DNA from: Trichoplax sp. H2
Lineage: Eukaryota
Direction: 5' to 3'
DNA length: 64,000 nucleotides
NCBI GenBank assembly: GCA_003344405.1
Contig: NOWV01000030.1
Coordinates: 62,001 to 126,000, forward strand
In this document: positions 1 through 13,519 of the stretch, one piece after another
Layout of the letters: each line of letters opens with the position of its first letter
How positions within the stretch are numbered: position 1 is the first letter of the stretch
Program-made: the position numbers and the translations under genes
The notes under the pieces: model-generated
The model's input: the letters and a program-made list of their open reading frames with translations, nothing else
What the model was told of the DNA's origin: nothing
The model's database searches: none

Positions 1-1189
1 GTTTCTACTGGGGAAATGCCATTTTTGTAGATTATCGATAGCCTTATTAGTAGCCAAGGCTTGGAGAACTAAGCCATCCATGATCATTACTTGCTTTATC
101 CTGTAGTATTGATCATGTTTGCTCGAACGGGAGAAACAAGATGGCTAAAATGGAGTCGGTGGCGAGCCGAATTTGGCTCATGGCGTCAAAAAGCAGCAAG
201 TCAACAGGATACAGGGGGTGCAGTCATGGATGATGGAGATTCCTTATTCGTTAGCATATCCAATACTCAGTCTCGAATCATTATGCAATTAGGGCAATTA
301 AGTTCAAGACTAAGGACGCCTAGAAGAAATCGCAGCGTGCAAGGATGGCGCAATGGCTACAGAAAATTGGCGACTGCACACGAGATGAAATCAACGTTGC
401 TCAAATCAATTCATCACGTGCACGATCGGTCTAAATGAAAGCAATCAAAATGAATATGGCGATTCAAATCAAGTGATAGCAAGTAATTTAATCATAATTC
501 AAGTATGGTAGTAAATATTGAAAACGTTCCAGCAATAGAATCGGCGATATCAATCGAACGAGCTGAGACCGGCCATGTACCAATTCGGTGCGCAACGACT
601 AACGGTGCAATTTTGAGATCGATGTTAGTTACTCGATATGGAAAACATGGCGTAGAAGACCGCTTTCTGTGCTATATTGCCCTTTCCTTTTTAATAGGCT
701 TGCAGCTTAGCCATCTTTCTGCATGTGTCAAGAATGATAGCGATGCAATTTTGGATCAATGTCCGCAACGCGATATGGAAAAACACGCATTAGAGGCTCC
801 GCTTTCTGTGCCATTTTTCCATTTGCTTACAGCTTAGGCATCTTGCTGCTTTCTACAAGTGTCAAGAATGATAGCGATGGGATCAAGTTTCAGTGCTGTC
901 ATTGGAATGATTGAGTAATGCACAATAATTGCAAATTTATGATTGTCAACATGTTTGTTGAGCAGATACGGTGTAGTACACAGAATCATGAGCAGGAAGC
1001 GACAAGGCTTTCTGCTCGTTACTATTCAAGAAGAAGTTCCCTAGTCAAACCGAGGTCTTTCTTAGTATGTTTGAACGACTTGGATTCACAAGATTGCACC
1101 ATTTCTACCTGATTTCTACAGTATTGATTTTGTTTTATCTAGAATGGAGTACTCGAACTAAACTACAGTATAGTGCACTGCTGACAACC

Positions 1190-1790
1190 AAGCATCAAGT
1201 TAAAATGGCTTCCCAATGACAGGATAACACAAACATGTTTCATTGCTTTCCAAGGAATGGTGGGTAAACTCAAACGAGACTTCAAATTTCCAATAGCCAC
1301 CTTGGATATATAGCAACTGTTTTTCTCTGTAGTACGATTGTGCAGCTACTTGCTAGTCTTGATATTTTGCAATCACTAACATTTTTGAAGGCAGATTTCA
1401 CACTCTGCCAACGACTTTGTCTTGTCTACAGCTGAATGCTCTGAGGAAAGGTTACTCGAGCAGCAAGCTAAAATGGCTTCGCAATGACTGGATAACAGAA
1501 CCAGATTTCATTGATTTCCAAGGAATGATGAACTCAAACGAGTATTGATATCTCCAATAGCCACCTTGGATATATATTAAACAAGTGTTTTTCTCTTTAG
1601 TAGGATTGTACAACTATTGCTGGTCTTGAAATTTTGCAATCACTAACATTTTAAGGTAGATTTCACACTTTGCTAACGACTTTGTCTTGTCCACACCTGA
1701 ATACTCTGAGGAAAGGTTGCTCAGCTATTACGCATTGCAAATAACGAAGCATCAAGTTAAAATAGCTTCCCAATGAGAGGATAACAGGGA
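1190..1790. repeat. Diverged tandem duplication, about 275-bp unit (two copies plus a partial third)
   Basis: The block caag(t/c)taaaat(g/a)gcttc.caatga..ggataaca recurs at about 1195, 1465 and 1753, with matching downstream sequence in the first two copies. Confidence 0.85.
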
Positions 1791-2127
1791 TCAACTTCGA
1801 TGTTGTGCTACTGCCATTGAAAGCTTTCTTGCGACGTCTATATTGCTTTCATCATCGTTTGTTAAATGTTGCATCGTATCGTATAAGACTGTAAATGCAG
1901 CAATATCATCATTAGGGGAAGCATCCTAATATAGTTATGAAATACTCTACAGTTATACGACAGCAGACTCAGAACGACTGAGTTCGTAAATTATACGACT
2001 AGAAACTCGGACAAGTATGGAATACACTTGGACATAAATGGAGCCTACCATCCTATGAATTGATGTGCCAAATCCGTTATTGCAACGGGTATTTACTGCT
2101 AGTTTCTATAAAATAGTACACTGCTAG

Positions 2128-2285
2128 TGCGATTTGTAGCATCTTGTACTACATTACTCGCTAGATGCAATTACTACCAAAAATATAACCTAGCGTCCAT
2201 TGTAGCATCTTGTACTACATTACTCGCTAGATGCAATTACTACCAAGAATATGACCTAGTGTCCATTGAAGCATCTTGGAGCTAC
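2128..2285. repeat. 63-bp tandem repeat, about 2.4 copies
   Basis: tgtagcatcttgtactacattactcgctagatgcaattactaccaa is repeated; this explains the repetitive ORF 2127-2345. Confidence 0.9.
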
Positions 2286-2646
2286 ATAACCCGCAAGATA
2301 GAAACTACTGTAAGATGGAGTTTCTATAAAGACAATATAAATTGATTTTAATCCAAGCATAGTACTGCACATACCAGTACATGGTAGGATAGCTAGCTGA
2401 TAATCAAGACTATCGTAAATCGTGAATTTTATTGCATCATGAATAGAACAACTGTTGCAATAATAAAGGTTTGCTAATATGCAGCTAAGATAGACCAAGA
2501 TTAATAACTCAGTTTCTATTTTTCAGTAAAAATGTTGCAATTCTGAATCATCAAAAACGTAGGTAAGAAGAAGCATCTTGTCCAAATAGTCTTGTCAATC
2601 TTGCTATCACAGAAAGAGTATTCACAATAAAAAAGTACTACAGTAA

Positions 2647-5600
2647 TTATCGACGATGTTTCTGGTTTGGTTTCCTTTTTTTCTTCTTCGACTTATCATG
2701 GCTATCAAGCTTTCCTTTTGTAGGGATAGGTTTGTTTGGTTTCCATTTTTTCGTCTTCGACTGATCATCGCTATCAAGCTCTCTTTTTGTAGGAGTAGGT
2801 TCAGTAACAGTCTCTTGTTCTAAAACTGCTTCATCTGTGGAATCTTCTGTATCCGTCAAATTATCTATAGTTGATATAGAGGATTAAATGCAGTCACAAA
2901 GAGAAAATCAATCCATAAACTAGCATCGAAATTAAGTTAGAATTCTACCCTATATAGGTACACCTGTGAATCTGCATGCCTGTTAAATGTCTATCATCTA
3001 TTTATCACTCTGACTGTACTGGAATAGGATCAATGCTGTAAAGACTATACATGGACACCCGTATAATCCATGTACAACCACGGCATATTAAATTCAATTG
3101 GATGGATGCTCAAGATCATTGTATGATAGGGACTAGCATAACGTGAAAGTAAAAATAATTGCCTTTTCTTTCTTACAATACACACCTTCCTTAGCAGGTA
3201 TAAGATTGGACAATTTCTTAAATTTAGCTACAAAAAAGCCATCCATATTATGTTCATGAGGGTAATATCGCCTTGTTAGTTTTAAAGTAGGATGAAAGCG
3301 ACGCTCTTTAAACCTATCAACATTTTGATCACAAAAGTTAATGCAGTTAATTGTTGATACTACGTACATACAGCACCAATTCGAACAGACATAATAAAAA
3401 AGTATAATTACTTCGTAAATCCCTCTCTACCAAATTCCAATCCAGTGGATACTAATTTTACAGATCGGCGCTTCAAGGCGTAATCCACTACCCATTCATC
3501 TTCTTCTACCTGAAAAGTACATTATTGATTTAAATTAAATTACAAAAAAGGCCCACTTATTACTATCCAAAATATAATAAACTTAAATAATTCATTTATG
3601 AACAGCAATTTAATATCATTACCATTATAGAACAAGTACAATAAACGATATATCCTCCAGTAGATGATCTTGCATCAACCGAGTCAATGGCCGACAATAA
3701 TAATTCCTTTTGAATGTGAGAGCATCGTAATATGTCTTTTTCACTCTGTAAGTAAATAAACCATACGCATAAGAAAATGACAGCATATTTTTTAAACTAA
3801 TTCTAGTGATAGCATAGAAACACCTTATTCGATTTAACGGAAGCATCCTTAGAGATTACACCTGTACCACTACATGGAGCATCCAGTAGTACCCTATCGA
3901 ATCCTCCAACAATCTAAAAAAGGATTTTTCTTATTAAATAGCATAACTTCATTTTTGGAATTTGACACTATTGCTAGTACCTTTGGAAATTGTCGTCCAT
4001 TTTCACTACATACGATAGTGTTGACGACACCTGCCAAACAGAACACAATTTAGTATTACGAACTCCACTATTCAACTGATTATATTATTTTATTCCACCT
4101 AATCGATGAATATTTGCCGTTAAAGCCTTGCATCGTTCTTTATTAACATCATTCGCTACAATCATTCCAGTATTTTTCATCAAGGCAGCTAGAGGTATGA
4201 AATAGGCCACATATGAAGTTGAAATAATCATAATACAATCAATACGAATTGATCACACAGTTCAAAATACCAATATATGTAGTCTTGCCACCAGGAGCTG
4301 AACACATGTCAAGTACTTTTTCATTCGGTTGCGCTGCTAACGCCATTACTGGTAACATAGACGAAGCCCCTTGAAGCATGTAATGCCCAGCGAGATATTC
4401 CGGAGTTGCACCTACAATTATGCAAGAAATTAAATGTAACGTGTGAATAGCCCCTTCAAAGAATGCTCAGCAAGCCAGTACCTATCATCGCATTATTCAA
4501 GAAGTAGTATAGTATACTAGTTCAGAAATTATTCAATAATTACCGATCGGTACTGGAGAATCAAATACAATCAGTCCTACTTTAGACCATTCACCAATTG
4601 GATCTAAGTTGACACCACGGTTGATAAGAGCCTGTAGTAATAAATTTATTTTTAAATTTATACTCAGGTATATTATCTACAATGAAGATAGACGATAAAT
4701 GCAACTCATGAATTTTGTATGACAGAATACCTGTGCAAGATCTCTACGTCTCGATTTTAACGTGTTAGTACGTATAGTTACAGGTCGCTCAACTTCATTC
4801 GCTTCTAGAAATTCGATCAACTACAAAAGATATTTCGTTACTGTTAGTGCTGTGCAAGTGTACATTAAGTCTCCCACAGAGTAGCATAAAAATGAATGGT
4901 AACACTCTAAATAATCAAGCTGCGTAAAAGCATTACTTCTTTAATATCGAATAAATCCGTAAACTTCTGCATGAGGTAATCATTGTAGTTATAGTAATTC
5001 GCCAAATCGTGCCTAAGTAGATCAAGATAGTCTTTCCGCTTCCTAAATAAAGACTCGGAGTTATTAAACTATTGTGACTTCCCGAATGAACCATCACGAT
5101 CGATTACCTTTCAGGGTCCCTTAATCTTTTAAAATTGCCTAAAACGGCGATGGTATCTTTGATCCGTTGATGGACCAACTGCAAATCAGGAGGTTCAAGG
5201 CGTGGACTTATGTTAAGCATAAACTATTTATTCATGTAGTTCACTACTCATAGCAAAAATAATAACAGCTTTAAAGGATATTTTCTTTTTCAATTTCCTG
5301 GCCACTAGGCAAGACAAAAACTTCTGACTGAGCAATGTTGGTTTTCAGTTCTTCTTCTGCTAATTTCCTGAATAATACAGTGAAGGAAGAAACGTAAGAT
5401 TTGACTATCTTACAGCTCTTTATAAATCGTTGATAGTTTTCCACCTGTTTCTAGATAATTTTTTATCTAGTTTTTGGGAAGCTTTTTCAATGGGTAGAAG
5501 CTATTAATAAATAAATAAAAAGGTATTTAACATCCAGATTGATAATTGTACTTTCATAATATCATTTATGCTAACATCATCTTCAGAGTCATCATCGCTA

Positions 5601-8183
5601 TATTCGGACTCGTTAGTGTCACTTCCATTAAGGCTTGCTTCATCAGGTAATTCTTCCGTCTCAGGCAACTCATCGAATTCATCGGGCTATTTATAGAAAT
5701 AAATGAACAATCAATTCCAGTAATTGAAGGCTGTCCTAAAATCGTTCGGAGTAAAATTTCTTACAATCGCTTCATCGGAATCTTTATCACTTTCAGCATC
5801 ATTCTCTGCTGCTAACTTTAGCCATTCTGCATTTTCGTCACTAAAGGGACTTTAGAAATTATCTTTTTTGAGTATGTGATATTGACGTTCTCGAAGATAC
5901 ATTAAATTATAATTGTTCATGTTTATTTAAAGATATCTACTTACTTTGCCTTTAATGGCATCTTGGGGGACAGCTAATGGAATGCACGTGTTTCAGAATC
6001 ACATGTAGATATTTAAGAAATATTACTACCAACAGGCATAAAAATTTAAAGTGATATTGCTAGTACATCCTTACATACCTCTAATTCTTCCAAATTCTCA
6101 TCTGTATAAACGAAATATAAGTAATTATAGTATCCATATTATTAAAGGATCAATAACGTAGATTGATAAATGAATAGAGATAGACAATAAGGTCATCGTT
6201 AAGACTGTATAATTTATGCATGGTATGATAAAGTTAGAATTAGAACGTAAAGTGGTATATTTAAGATTTGAGAATGATAGCAATGCTATTAACAGTATAA
6301 CATTAATAATTTAAAATTATTTACTTGAGTAGATTCACTATATTAATTTTGATACTACAGAGCCGGTATTACAACAGAATTACTAACCGCTATCTTGCGC
6401 CACAAGTTCTTGATTTTTTCGGTTAAGATTACTACGTGCATAAAGATATAATTATAAATGTCAACGTCAACATTTTTAATATCTATTTTAAAATCATTCA
6501 AGTATTGAACATAATAGATTCATAACAAATCTTTAAATTCTTGTACCTCGATGGTATGGCAGATTGCTTTTTCCGAGAGACCTTGGTATCTGGTAAGATA
6601 AAGTAGAAATTAGTTGCAAAGACATCTTTTGTTGATCATAACTTTTTACACTCATTTCCACGTGCGATCTACAGTACTACCATTGAATGCAACGCCGAAG
6701 CAGCTGTACATTATTAATGTTAGAATTAGCTTAATCAGTGATTGTACGGTAGATGATTAGGATACGCGTAGTATCAAAGTATCGAAAATTTTTGGATGTG
6801 TGCTTAAGCCATACATTCATTTCAGATGATACATAAGCTTTAGGATTAACTTTTAATGCCTTTAGAAACTCATGAGTTAATTAATTATACGTATGCAATG
6901 CTACTACTGTTGGTTTTCCTGGTATTTATACACGAGGCTGCATGTATTCACAAATAGCTCATTCTGATCTGAGAGAATACCAGTTTACTATGGTGTACCA
7001 GTGAGACCTTTTACATAATGTCCTGAATCTCCTGATCGTCATCGCTTTTTCTTTGAACAAAGAGGTGATACATTTATCTTCATAAATCTACTATTCATTA
7101 GCAAATCATTATAAAATTTTTAGCAATATACGAACACTGGGAATCAATGATGTTGGCCCTAGCGATATGCATTCATTGTAGATGATGCATAAGATGCAAA
7201 ATTAATCTATAATGCTTTAAGAAACTCATGAACCAATTCACTATACATATGCACTGTTACTAAAGTTGATTTTCCTGGTATTTATAGTGGACTGTATGCA
7301 TTGATAAATAGCTCAATAAGATCGGAATGAGAAAATGTATACCAGTTTACTATGTTGAGACCTATTACATGCTCGTAATGTCCTGAATCTCCTAATGATC
7401 ACCGCTTTTAACTCTATGGTTACTACTGTAGTCCATCTATGAAGGATATTAGATCGACAATTTATACTGCTAAATATAAGGTACTATAGAAGTGGTACAT
7501 TCATCATCATCATCAATCTATTGTTCATTCTACAGTATATTAGCTCATATTGTAGCATGCTCTTGTAAAATTTCCAGCAATATACGAACACCTGAGATTA
7601 GAAATTGAATGTCAATTACGCATATAGCCCGTTTCAACGGTGCTTTGATTGACCAAGAAGTCCTAGCAGTGAAATCTAAATCTTTGCTGTACATGTGGCA
7701 ACTCGATGAAAAATTGAATGAACGCAACGTAGTGGATTCGCTTTTGATCTCTAGTTGTGGCTCGATTTAATTGATTAGACTTCGATTTAAAATACGCCAC
7801 TACCATCTAAATCGGTTTGCCATTATACTGTACAAGAAACTTTGGCTGCAAAGTACAGCAATGTAGCAGCTAAGGACAGCGAACATGTTGCCCTCAACCG
7901 AGATAATGTGCACTATACGATACTGTAGGAAGACTATAGACGACGAGCAACTACACTTGCAGTTTATCTAAGATTTTGTGTCCTTCTAGGTATAACTATC
8001 ATTCATTGCACAAGCCTAGCCAAGTTTATTGCATGATCTTGTACACCTTTCACTGCGCTACCTTGTGCACATTCTCAACATACCTTGACGTTGATTTTTG
8101 TTCTTGGCCTTGAAAACTTTGCTATCTGCTGGATGCTTTTTGCTTTTCATTTTGCTGCCTTTAGCTAGTGTCTTATCCTTCAT
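2647..8183 (-). CDS. NOP2: NOP2/NSUN1 (P120) 28S rRNA cytosine-C5 methyltransferase, multi-exon
   Basis: Hand-spliced exons keep frame from ATG 8183 (exon 8183-8084, [11 protein letters not shown]...) through several micro-exons to [17 protein letters not shown] and [13 protein letters not shown]. Later exons give [11 protein letters not shown] (SAM motif I), [12 protein letters not shown] (motif IV Cys), YCTCSI (motif VI Cys) and [20 protein letters not shown]. The Lys-rich last exon is 2864-2647. The first exon is inferred from frame fit and basic composition. Confidence 0.95.
5202..5281 (-). other. U12-type (minor spliceosome) AT-AC intron in NOP2
   Basis: The minus strand reads GAA A|ATATCCTTT...TGCTTAACATAAGTCCAC|GC CTT GAA. 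It has the U12 5' consensus ATATCCTT, branch site CTTAAC about 10 nt from the end, and terminal AC. Removing it restores the frame (EIEKE-S-LEPPDLQ). Confidence 0.95.
6823..7410. repeat. Diverged duplicate of about 230 bp in NOP2 intron 1 (about 6823-7050 and 7179-7410)
   Basis: Shared blocks in the same order: agatgat..cataag, agaaactcatga, ttttcctggtatttata, aaatagctca, ataccagtttactatg, tgagacct, taatgtcctgaatctcct. Confidence 0.85.
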
Positions 8184-8826
8184 TCTTGACTAATGATCCA
8201 AGGCAGATAGGATATAATGAGATTGCAATATCACTTATTTCTACAGGTAGCAGCGATCACTTTGCATTCGATGAGCAAAATCAATCACCATCAGGTTGGT
8301 CAATGACTGAGTCAGACTGATGATTTTGAAGCTCCAGCGCAGGTTCTACTATGGCAACGGGTCCGAAACGTCAGGCGCTGGACCAGCAGCCAACGTTCCA
8401 GACCGGTGATGCTGGACAGTTGACTGGCAAGCCTAGGCGAACCAATAGCTTCAGTATGGATGTGGACGCCTGACCAAGTTGGTACCCTACTCTAGAGTAC
8501 ACGTGTTACCGGTGTACGGTAGAACTTGATCGCAGGCCTTTGATACTGTATAGTATAGTCTAGAGTAGAGCATGAGACCTGTAGTAGCACTTCTTGTACA
8601 GTAGGGTACGTCATCGTATTTGTCATGTTGTAGTCCGGTGATACTATTGCAGTAGAGCTACGCAGGTAAGCGATACAGCGACAAGAAACAGTATGAATCA
8701 CCGTTGATAAAGTGTAGTATCCACAATCAGAACAATTAGGGGCCAGGCGTCGGTTCGGTTCGGTTCGGTTACAGTAGGTTAGGTGAGCGAGCTAAGACAC
8801 ATTAATTCATTAATTAATTATATATT
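8184..8826. promoter_or_regulatory. Putative bidirectional promoter between NOP2 and the SFT2D3-like gene
   Basis: About 640 bp between divergent start codons. Locally GC-richer, with CCAAT at about 8442 and (CGGTT)4 at 8751-8770. Confidence 0.5.
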
Positions 8827-11742
8827 ATGGCTGCTACTGCGGTTACAATTACAGCTGGATCCTTCTCCAATCTATTCCCTACGCCAACTGTCCATGCTAG
8901 TGATGTTTTGCCTTCCAAAGATGAAAATTCCGATGAAAACACGTCATTTATGTCCGGAGAGTGGCTCAAAACAACTCAGCAAGATCCCATATTGCCATCT
9001 TTGGTAAACGATGCTGCACTTCTTCAAAACATTGCGCGTATTTTATCTTTCTAATGTTGTATGCATGCATTCAATAACTTAACTTGAGAATTCATCGAAG
9101 TGAGCTTACAGTACTATAGATCGTGTTACAGAGATGAGAGAACCTACTGAATGGATAGTTTTTGACTCTTTGCCTGTAGATAATTCATTATTGATTATTT
9201 GATATACTGTATATATGTCTCTCTCTATATATATTCGTATAAATAATTAATTAATCAATATATGCTGACTATACTGTACGGTATATTGACCGTAATCGTA
9301 TATACTCGTATTTTCTTTATTTCCAAAGTTGTGCGTATCCACTTGTTACTGTATATTGAACTTGAGAATCAATTGTAATGAGCTGAAAGTACCATTGATC
9401 GTGTCATAGAGACGAGAGCCAGCTGAAAGGATAGTTTTCTACTCTTTAAACTGTAGACTGTCTATGTATACGTATTTATGCGGACTATACAGCACGATAA
9501 ACTATAAAATGACTCTACCATTCTCAGGTGTGCAAAACTGGAAAGTTTCCACGTATTACAATCAGAATATCATAAGTTGAGCTTATAGTATGTAGCCAGG
9601 CGTAACCTACTTCGATGCAAATGATATACGATAAAAACTTACTGTACAATTTGATCCTATCATACTGTATATCACCAGATACAGTAGTCAATGACTGTTC
9701 ATCACACCTGACAACTCCTAAACTACGTATTTTATCAATTCTTTACCGTTGATAATCTCTGTACATGCCTGTTTCTGTACAAGTCTAATTTGCAACGACG
9801 AAAAGTAGAACTATTACAGAAAACTGAACACTACGAGCCTACGGTAGAGTACTGTCAGGTTTGTCCTCCCTGACATCTGTCTACAGTATAACTCTAAATA
9901 CTGACAGTCTCTTAGAATTAGCGTTAAAAGCCATTAAACAATCAACAATAGGATTGTATGGAGCACTGGAACACCACTAGTCTCTCTTTTTAGACAAAAC
10001 TTAACCTAAACTTTATCGAAAAACAAATCAATTTTTACGTAAACGTTACTTATCAGTACTTAGATAGACAATATTGTAAGACTATGAACTTATCTATACA
10101 AGAATGTATTATGTCATAGATAACGGTGTTTTTAACAAATTCCGAAGGATGTTATCTGACGAAAAGAAGATAACCATTCGTTGGTGAAAGTCACTTCGTG
10201 ATAACTGCTAAATCTTATTCCATAGACATCGTTCACCTGCTATGAATACTCTAGCTACAGAATGATGTGCAATGACTATAAAACAGTAGATAATGCCTAT
10301 TAGAAATTTATTAGGGAAAATTTTGATCTGGAATAAAGGTTATATTCTCACTGCTGTTTATAAATAGACATATAGAACTCGGATAGTTGTAATTTGACCA
10401 GATTATGTGTCATTATACGAATAGAAGGTGTAGTACTATTATTGTCAGCATACGCATATCTACTCTATTGCGGTATGCATTAGCGTCCTTAAGTAGTTTT
10501 GAGTGCATATATACCTAATGAAAATATTGAATTACAGTACCAATATCTGTACTTGTAATTTGCATTTAAGCTTACCAACAGAAACAATTTTACAAAAAAC
10601 TCTTGCTATCTGTCTACTTGTAATGTGCTTCCTTATGAATAGCTATGATGATTGTAACAATTTATAATTTCTTTACTTAATTGATTTCATGGCCATTTAA
10701 AAATCATCTTCCGGGTGAATGCAGACCAAAACTCAGCGTTTGATGGGTTTTATCTTTTGCTTATCCGCTGGCTTAGTCTGTTTTCTCATGGTAAAAAGCT
10801 AACGATTTATTATTTACTATTACTATGATTTATACGCATTATTCAATCAACATACAGTAGGATCATTTTACTGTATCGTCATTTTTGATAAGTAATTCAT
10901 TGTTGTTGCAGCTCCAGCTGTTCCTCACTAGCTATAAAGGTAATACATGCGAGCTATTTTCCTATAGGCTGCCTTCCTGATGCCATTTCTAGTTCTTCGA
11001 GCAAGAAAATTTGCTCTATTATTCACCTTAGGTAGTTTATTTACGATAGGAAGGTAGGTAAAAGAGCGCCGAATGTCAAATAGGGAATATAGAAAGTTAA
11101 TTAAATAAGCTGTTTCTAATTTGTTTCTAATCCCAATAAGATTAACTACACTAATGTTATCATTAATACGTAACTCATATTTTGAATTACTCTTAGTTTC
11201 TCTATGCTATGGGGACCTGTAAACCATCTTAAGCATTTATTTTCCTCGGAACGATTGACGTTTACGCTAACCTACTTTCTATCACTTTTTGTTACGCTAT
11301 ACGCAGCATTAATCGTAAGTAAAGTCTGTAGTACATGATTAAGATTTCAAGAGATGAGACATGATTGCTTTCGAACTTAGGTCAGAAGCACAGTGATGAC
11401 ACTAACTTTTGGCATAATTCAAATTATAGCATTGACATGGTATGTAGGTATTTATGTGATCAAGGTCGCGGTATAGTTTTGTATTCGAGTATTTAATATC
11501 AATTACGGCTTGTACCCGTATTCATGTCAAGATGAGGGCACGTAGTTCATTATATACTGTATAAATTAAAATCCTGTATTATATGCATGTGCCATTTGTG
11601 ATTGTCATTTGATCGTATTATTTATGTTTATTTTAGGTACGTAAGCAGCTATGTGCCTGGTGGCCTTACGGCGTTAAAATTGATGTCCAAAATATGTTCA
11701 TCGTGTATGACAAAATCGGTCAAGTCAACTATATCTGTATAA
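8827..11742 (+). CDS. SFT2D3: Vesicle transport protein of the SFT2/Got1 family (SFT2C-like), 6 exons
   Basis: Exons 8827-9003, 10725-10790, 10968-11053, 11197-11314, 11381-11439 and 11637-11742 are all GT-AG and in frame. Product: ...LPSLTKTQRLMGF...LRARKFALLFTLGS...MLWGPVNHLKHLFSSERL...WYVSSYVPGG. Confidence 0.9.
9600..10600 (-). pseudogene. Decayed rhodopsin-class GPCR relic, antisense inside SFT2D3 intron 1
   Basis: Minus-strand fragments in order: CNSIFSLGIY (TM1-like), then AYRNRV / AYAD / IIVLHLLFV (TM2-like, frameshifted, about 10480-10415), then KFLIGIIYCFIVIAHHSVARVFIAGERCL (TM3 with ER, 10309-10223). Stops and frameshifts throughout; ends approximate. Confidence 0.4.
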
Positions 11743-12469
11743 AGTGGCGGATATTGCTGAACCTGATGGGATTGATGTTTGTAGCAATTCTACAGTTTTT
11801 TATTGTCTTTATTTAGTGCTTCAAATAACGAATCACAACAAGCATATGAACTCAATGTACTGTATCATCAATTTTCTCATCAAAGTTTAGTATGTAACAG
11901 AAGCATCATGGAATGCCGTATTTATGATGTACTTACTGCGTGGCTTTATGCGACCCAAGTTTGTTAATTAGCTTATGAAGTTACTATAAATGTGATATTT
12001 ATTTGATATTCTGAAAAATAGATAAATACGTACTCTCTATGTAATATACTAATATTATTGAAGGCTCATACGATTTCCCAAAAAAGTGATGACATGTAAA
12101 TACACTATTCTTTTTAGTTTTGCGACGCGACTAACTGCTAGTGAAACGTTAATAATATATGAACTATTTACTATTTATGCAGTAGCTGGATTCATTGATT
12201 ATTATAAACTGCACCTATACCTTTTATAGATGTGAACGTGCACTGAAGAAACTCGTCAATCTAAATTAATAAATTAAGCTGCTAACATTTTCTGGAATGC
12301 TTTGCACAAAAGATTGAAATGCACAGTACAATTTGGTTATGTGTATATGATGGTGAATCCAACCAACGCTTGTTGCTTATTTAACTATATATAATCATTA
12401 GATTAAACACCGTCAATTTGTTTGCTACGAATTGATAGTCAACCATACAAGTCTAATATGCACTTTGAT

Positions 12470-12826
12470 GTCATTAAGAACAATAATTACTCGATATACA
12501 GGTTTACGGCAACTTATAATAATTACATTTTTACGATGCAAGTTAGCTGTTTTCAAAACCTCTACAAGCTAAAGTTAGTTCCAAGCGTAGTTCATTTTAT
12601 TTTCCATTCAACTACAACAGTTCATCGAGTATCGATGATTACGCTTTGATCCCATTAAGAACAATAACTCGATATACAGGTTTACGGCAACTGATTTTTA
12701 CGGTCCAAGTTAGCTGTTTTCAAAACCTCTACAACAAGCTAAAGTTAGTTTCAAGCGTATTTCATTTTATTTCCCATTCAACCACAACAGTTAATCGAGT
12801 ATCAATGATTACATCGCTGAATCCCA
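12470..12826. repeat. Head-to-tail duplication of about 180 bp
   Basis: cattaagaacaataa..tcgatatacaggtttacggcaact...caagttagctgttttcaaaacctctacaa... occurs at about 12472 and 12653. Confidence 0.9.
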
Positions 12827-13519
12827 AAAAACGAATCGCTATTTAAAATGACTTGTCGAATTAAAAAATTACTCATACAGTGCATCGCATTGATGATAGC
12901 TAAGACATTGTTAGTTACTAATATACAGTACTAAAGCATTGTTCAACAACAGCTTAAAAAACAGCGATACTAAAAACCAAAGTAATATAGTAGTGCCAAT
13001 AGAATAGAATAGACTGATACATGAAGAAGTATGGCTCGGCAGCTAATAATTATTATCATAGCTCACAATGTATGTTTTTATCACTTCTGCATTTCGATAT
13101 AGCTGCAGAGTTCGTCAAGATAATAATGATCAAGATGACAGTATTTCTACGAGTAGAATATACAGTAGTATAAAATGACAGTGCATTAACAAGGTTACTA
13201 AACTAATTCATAGGCGGTACATTTCCGTAGTAAAGATAGCTCAAGTGAATGACATCATGAACCAATATGGGCATCATACAATGCACGACTATTTTACTAT
13301 TCTTTGAAGTTAATCCATCTAATTCAAAGAATAATAACAAACTAAGATGAAATTAACATTTGAACATTGAAAGTCAAAAATATCAGATACAGGAAAAAGT
13401 TCCAGCCTTTCACAACAGACAACAACGTAAATATACATGAATGTAATACGATGCAAATACTACTATAGCACGAATTACGATAATTTATGGTGTCGATACT
13501 GTTTGTCAAAACAGGTTCG

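Noticed and set aside
1..840. ORFs 91-438 and 505-837, and a minus-strand ATG at 81 open to the window edge
   Set aside because: No recognisable domain. The edge ORF (MDGLVLQALATNKAIDNLQKWHFPSRN) could be a first exon but cannot be assessed within this window.
1792..1926. Isolated terminal-exon-like stretch on the minus strand (DASPNDDIAAF...QHRS*)
   Set aside because: No compatible upstream exon was found before the NOP2 3' end.
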